The notes beneath the pieces were generated by a model, which was given only the letters and a program-made list of their open reading frames with translations, did not search any database and was not told the origin of the DNA. This document shows, piece by piece, positions 62,230 to 64,000 of a DNA stretch of 64,000 nucleotides. The translations under genes and the position numbers were made by a program. Each line of letters opens with the position of its first letter. The first letter of the stretch is position 1. This DNA is from an uncultured bacterium. GTDB taxonomy: Bacteria > Muiribacteriota > Ozemobacteria > Ozemobacterales > Ozemobacteraceae. Where the stretch lies: assembly GCA_964389325.1 (NCBI GenBank), contig CAYMEN010000011.1, positions 52,252 through 116,251 on the forward strand, read 5' to 3'.

Positions 62230-62411
62230 AACGGGGGGAGTTCATCAAAAGACTCGAGCGGGCGGGTTGCATCCTTTTGCGGCATGGTGGTTCGCATGAT
62301 ATCTATTTCAATCCTGCTACAGGTAAAAAGCAGCCGGTCCCGCGCCATTCAGAAATTGAAGAACAACTGGGACGACATATTTTCAAATTTCTCGGTCTGT
62401 CCAGAAAGTAG
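62226..62411 (+). CDS. hicA: HicA-family mRNA interferase toxin
   Basis: 'LERAGCILLRHGGSHDIY...PVPRHSEI' with the catalytic GSH motif; ATGA overlap with hicB. Confidence 0.9.
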   Translation: MKRGEFIKRLERAGCILLRHGGSHDIYFNPATGKKQPVPRHSEIEEQLGRHIFKFLGLSRK

Positions 62412-62514
62412 TTGATAGTCGCTCCAGTATCTGACGCCTGCCTTCGCAGTTCGGACCTGAACTCCGTGAGCTGGGGCACAATTTTCAAATCAGCATGCGA
62501 AGCGGATTTCCTGA

Positions 62515-62543
62515 TTGACGCCCCGGGGTACCGCCCGTATAAT
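62515..62543 (+). promoter_or_regulatory. Sigma-70-type promoter, probably leaderless
   Basis: TTGACG-N17-TATAAT, then 7 nt to ATG at 62551; no Shine-Dalgarno. Confidence 0.75.
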
Positions 62544-62550
62544 CGAAAGC

Positions 62551-63690
62551 ATGAAATACGCTGTTTATCTGTGTTCCATCCTGCTGGTCGTTGCCGCTCT
62601 CGGCTGCGGCGGTGGATCGAGCAACCCCGTCAGCCTGACGAACACGCCACAGATCGCGGGCATTTCCCCGCAGTCCGGTGGCGCGGGCACGTTCGTCCAG
62701 ATCTGGGGCGCCTATTTCGGCGCGCAGCAGGGGTCGAGCATCGTCTCCTTCAATTACGAGCCGTGCGTGGTCAGTTCCTGGAGCGACACGCTCATCACCT
62801 GCACGATCCCGAACACCGCCCGCACGAACGGCACGTTCGTGGTGACCGTCGGCGGAAAAGCTTCGGCGGCCAGCATGCAGTTCACCCTGAACGCCCCCCA
62901 GGTGACCAGTATTTCCCCTTCCGGCGGGCCGTCCGACACCCTGGTGACGATCTCCGGAATCGGCTTCGGCACGAAAAACGACAACTCGCGGGTCTCCTTC
63001 AACGGCTACAACGCGACGATCGAAAGCTGGTCGAACTCCTACATCACCTGCCGGGTTCCCCCGGGGCCCCAGAACGGGTCGGTTTCCGTCGTCATCTATA
63101 TCAATTACGATTACTATGTTTCAACGACGTTCAACTACGTTCTTCCGTCCATCACGAGCATTGCATCCGCGAATTCGAGTTCGACGGGAAACAACATCGG
63201 GGCGGAACTCTCCATCAACGGCCAGGGATTCGGTTCCTATCAGAGCGAATACAGCGGTATCCTGACGTTCGGGGGTACCCAGGTCTCTCCCACGGCGTGG
63301 ACGTCGAACCTCATCAAGTTCCGGATTCCCGCCGGCATTTCAGCCGGGTATAAAACGGTGACGCTTTCGATCAATGGTAAGAGCTATACTTCCGGGTGGA
63401 ACGTGAACGAGCCGTTCCTGTCGAGTCCGAGCCTTACGACCGTCTATCAGCCTGACGACCTGATCACGCTGTCGGGAAATTATCTGGGAACTCCGTCGGA
63501 TTCGGTGCGTCCCTCGATACGAATCGTCGATGATTCGGTGACGACGACCATCACACCCACCACTTGGACGGATACCAGTATTTCGTTCTATTCGGGCCTC
63601 GAGACGCATGCCCTGTCCGATCCGACGGTGGGTGTAACCGTCTTCGTGGGCGGTCTTCAATCCAATTCGGTCAACATGAAAGTGGAATGA
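62551..63690 (+). CDS. Lipoprotein with four IPT/TIG domains
   Basis: Lipobox 'ALGC'; repeated 'P.I.SISP.SG..GT.VTI.G..FG' and 'SWS.T.I.C.VP' motifs. Confidence 0.88.
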   Translation: MKYAVYLCSILLVVAALGCGGGSSNPVSLTNTPQIAGISPQSGGAGTFVQIWGAYFGAQQGSSIVSFNYEPCVVSSWSDTLITCTIPNTARTNGTFVVTVGGKASAASMQFTLNAPQVTSISPSGGPSDTLVTISGIGFGTKNDNSRVSFNGYNATIESWSNSYITCRVPPGPQNGSVSVVIYINYDYYVSTTFNYVLPSITSIASANSSSTGNNIGAELSINGQGFGSYQSEYSGILTFGGTQVSPTAWTSNLIKFRIPAGISAGYKTVTLSINGKSYTSGWNVNEPFLSSPSLTTVYQPDDLITLSGNYLGTPSDSVRPSIRIVDDSVTTTITPTTWTDTSISFYSGLETHALSDPTVGVTVFVGGLQSNSVNMKVE

Positions 63691-63697
63691 GAAATCG

Positions 63698-64000
63698 ATG
63701 CAGGAAACCGTAAAGAAAATCAAGGAAGCTTTGCAGCTGATCGATGAGCTGAAGCGGCAGTTCGCTGTGCGGCGGCATCCCGACGGATGTGGCGCGCTGC
63801 TTTACACGGGCGTTGCGGAGTCGAACGTCATCGAGAAGCTGCAGCCCGTGGTCGAGACGAAGTTCGGGCCGGCGTACAAACCGGCGGGTCAGTCGGCGTT
63901 GCTGAAGAACTGGTTCGACGGGTTCGTGAAGGGCGTCGGCGGCATCAGGCGCGACCAGACTCTGTTCAGGCTCGACATCACGCCCGAACTGATCTTGTTC
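63698..64000 (+). CDS. Hypothetical protein, runs off the window end (MQETVKKIKEALQLIDELKRQF...GGIRRDQTLFRLD...)
   Basis: Open frame to the window edge with GC3-biased codons. Confidence 0.65.
   Translation, partial: MQETVKKIKEALQLIDELKRQFAVRRHPDGCGALLYTGVAESNVIEKLQPVVETKFGPAYKPAGQSALLKNWFDGFVKGVGGIRRDQTLFRLDITPELILF

Noticed and set aside
1-64000. tRNA/rRNA genes, Sec/Pyl read-through, DGR or retron
   Set aside because: No cloverleaf or rRNA-like stretch was recognised, no recognised gene is interrupted by an in-frame TGA/TAG, and there is no reverse transcriptase or template/variable repeat pair.

Overview
GC-rich (roughly 60-65% by eye) bacterial chromosomal window with no rRNA, tRNA, CRISPR array, transposase or integrase visible. 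It probably comes from a diderm anaerobe (inference: lipoproteins, an outer-membrane beta-barrel, B12 and radical-SAM enzymes). Main contents: hisS; a secreted pullulanase; a complete 11-gene lysine fermentation operon (thiolase-kat-kce-atoDA-kdd-kamA-kamB-kamC-kamD-kamE) with a Kat-type aminotransferase and no kal; a GT-C-like/GT2/B12-radical-SAM/AsnB glycan-modification locus; a minus-strand type IV pilus/T2SS-like run (TPR protein, three pilin-like genes, a probably frameshifted Pro-rich secreted protein, CHASE2 adenylate cyclase, double protease-inhibitor-fold protein, and a PilB/GspE ATPase with a ~600-aa C-terminal extension); pfkB kinase; a glycine-zipper secreted protein; a divergent purD; L,D-transpeptidase; tdk; secreted PLD; clpB; a eukaryote-like two-subunit ATP citrate lyase; large lipoproteins; asnA; a small hicBA pair. 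Several families of non-autonomous palindromic or MITE-like repeats sit between genes. The most striking signal not explained by the genes is a gapped palindrome, ATA-N8-TAT (often TATA-N8-TATA). I counted 25 exact copies by hand, most inside coding sequences, where they are built from otherwise rare synonymous codons. All counts are manual and no database searches were run.
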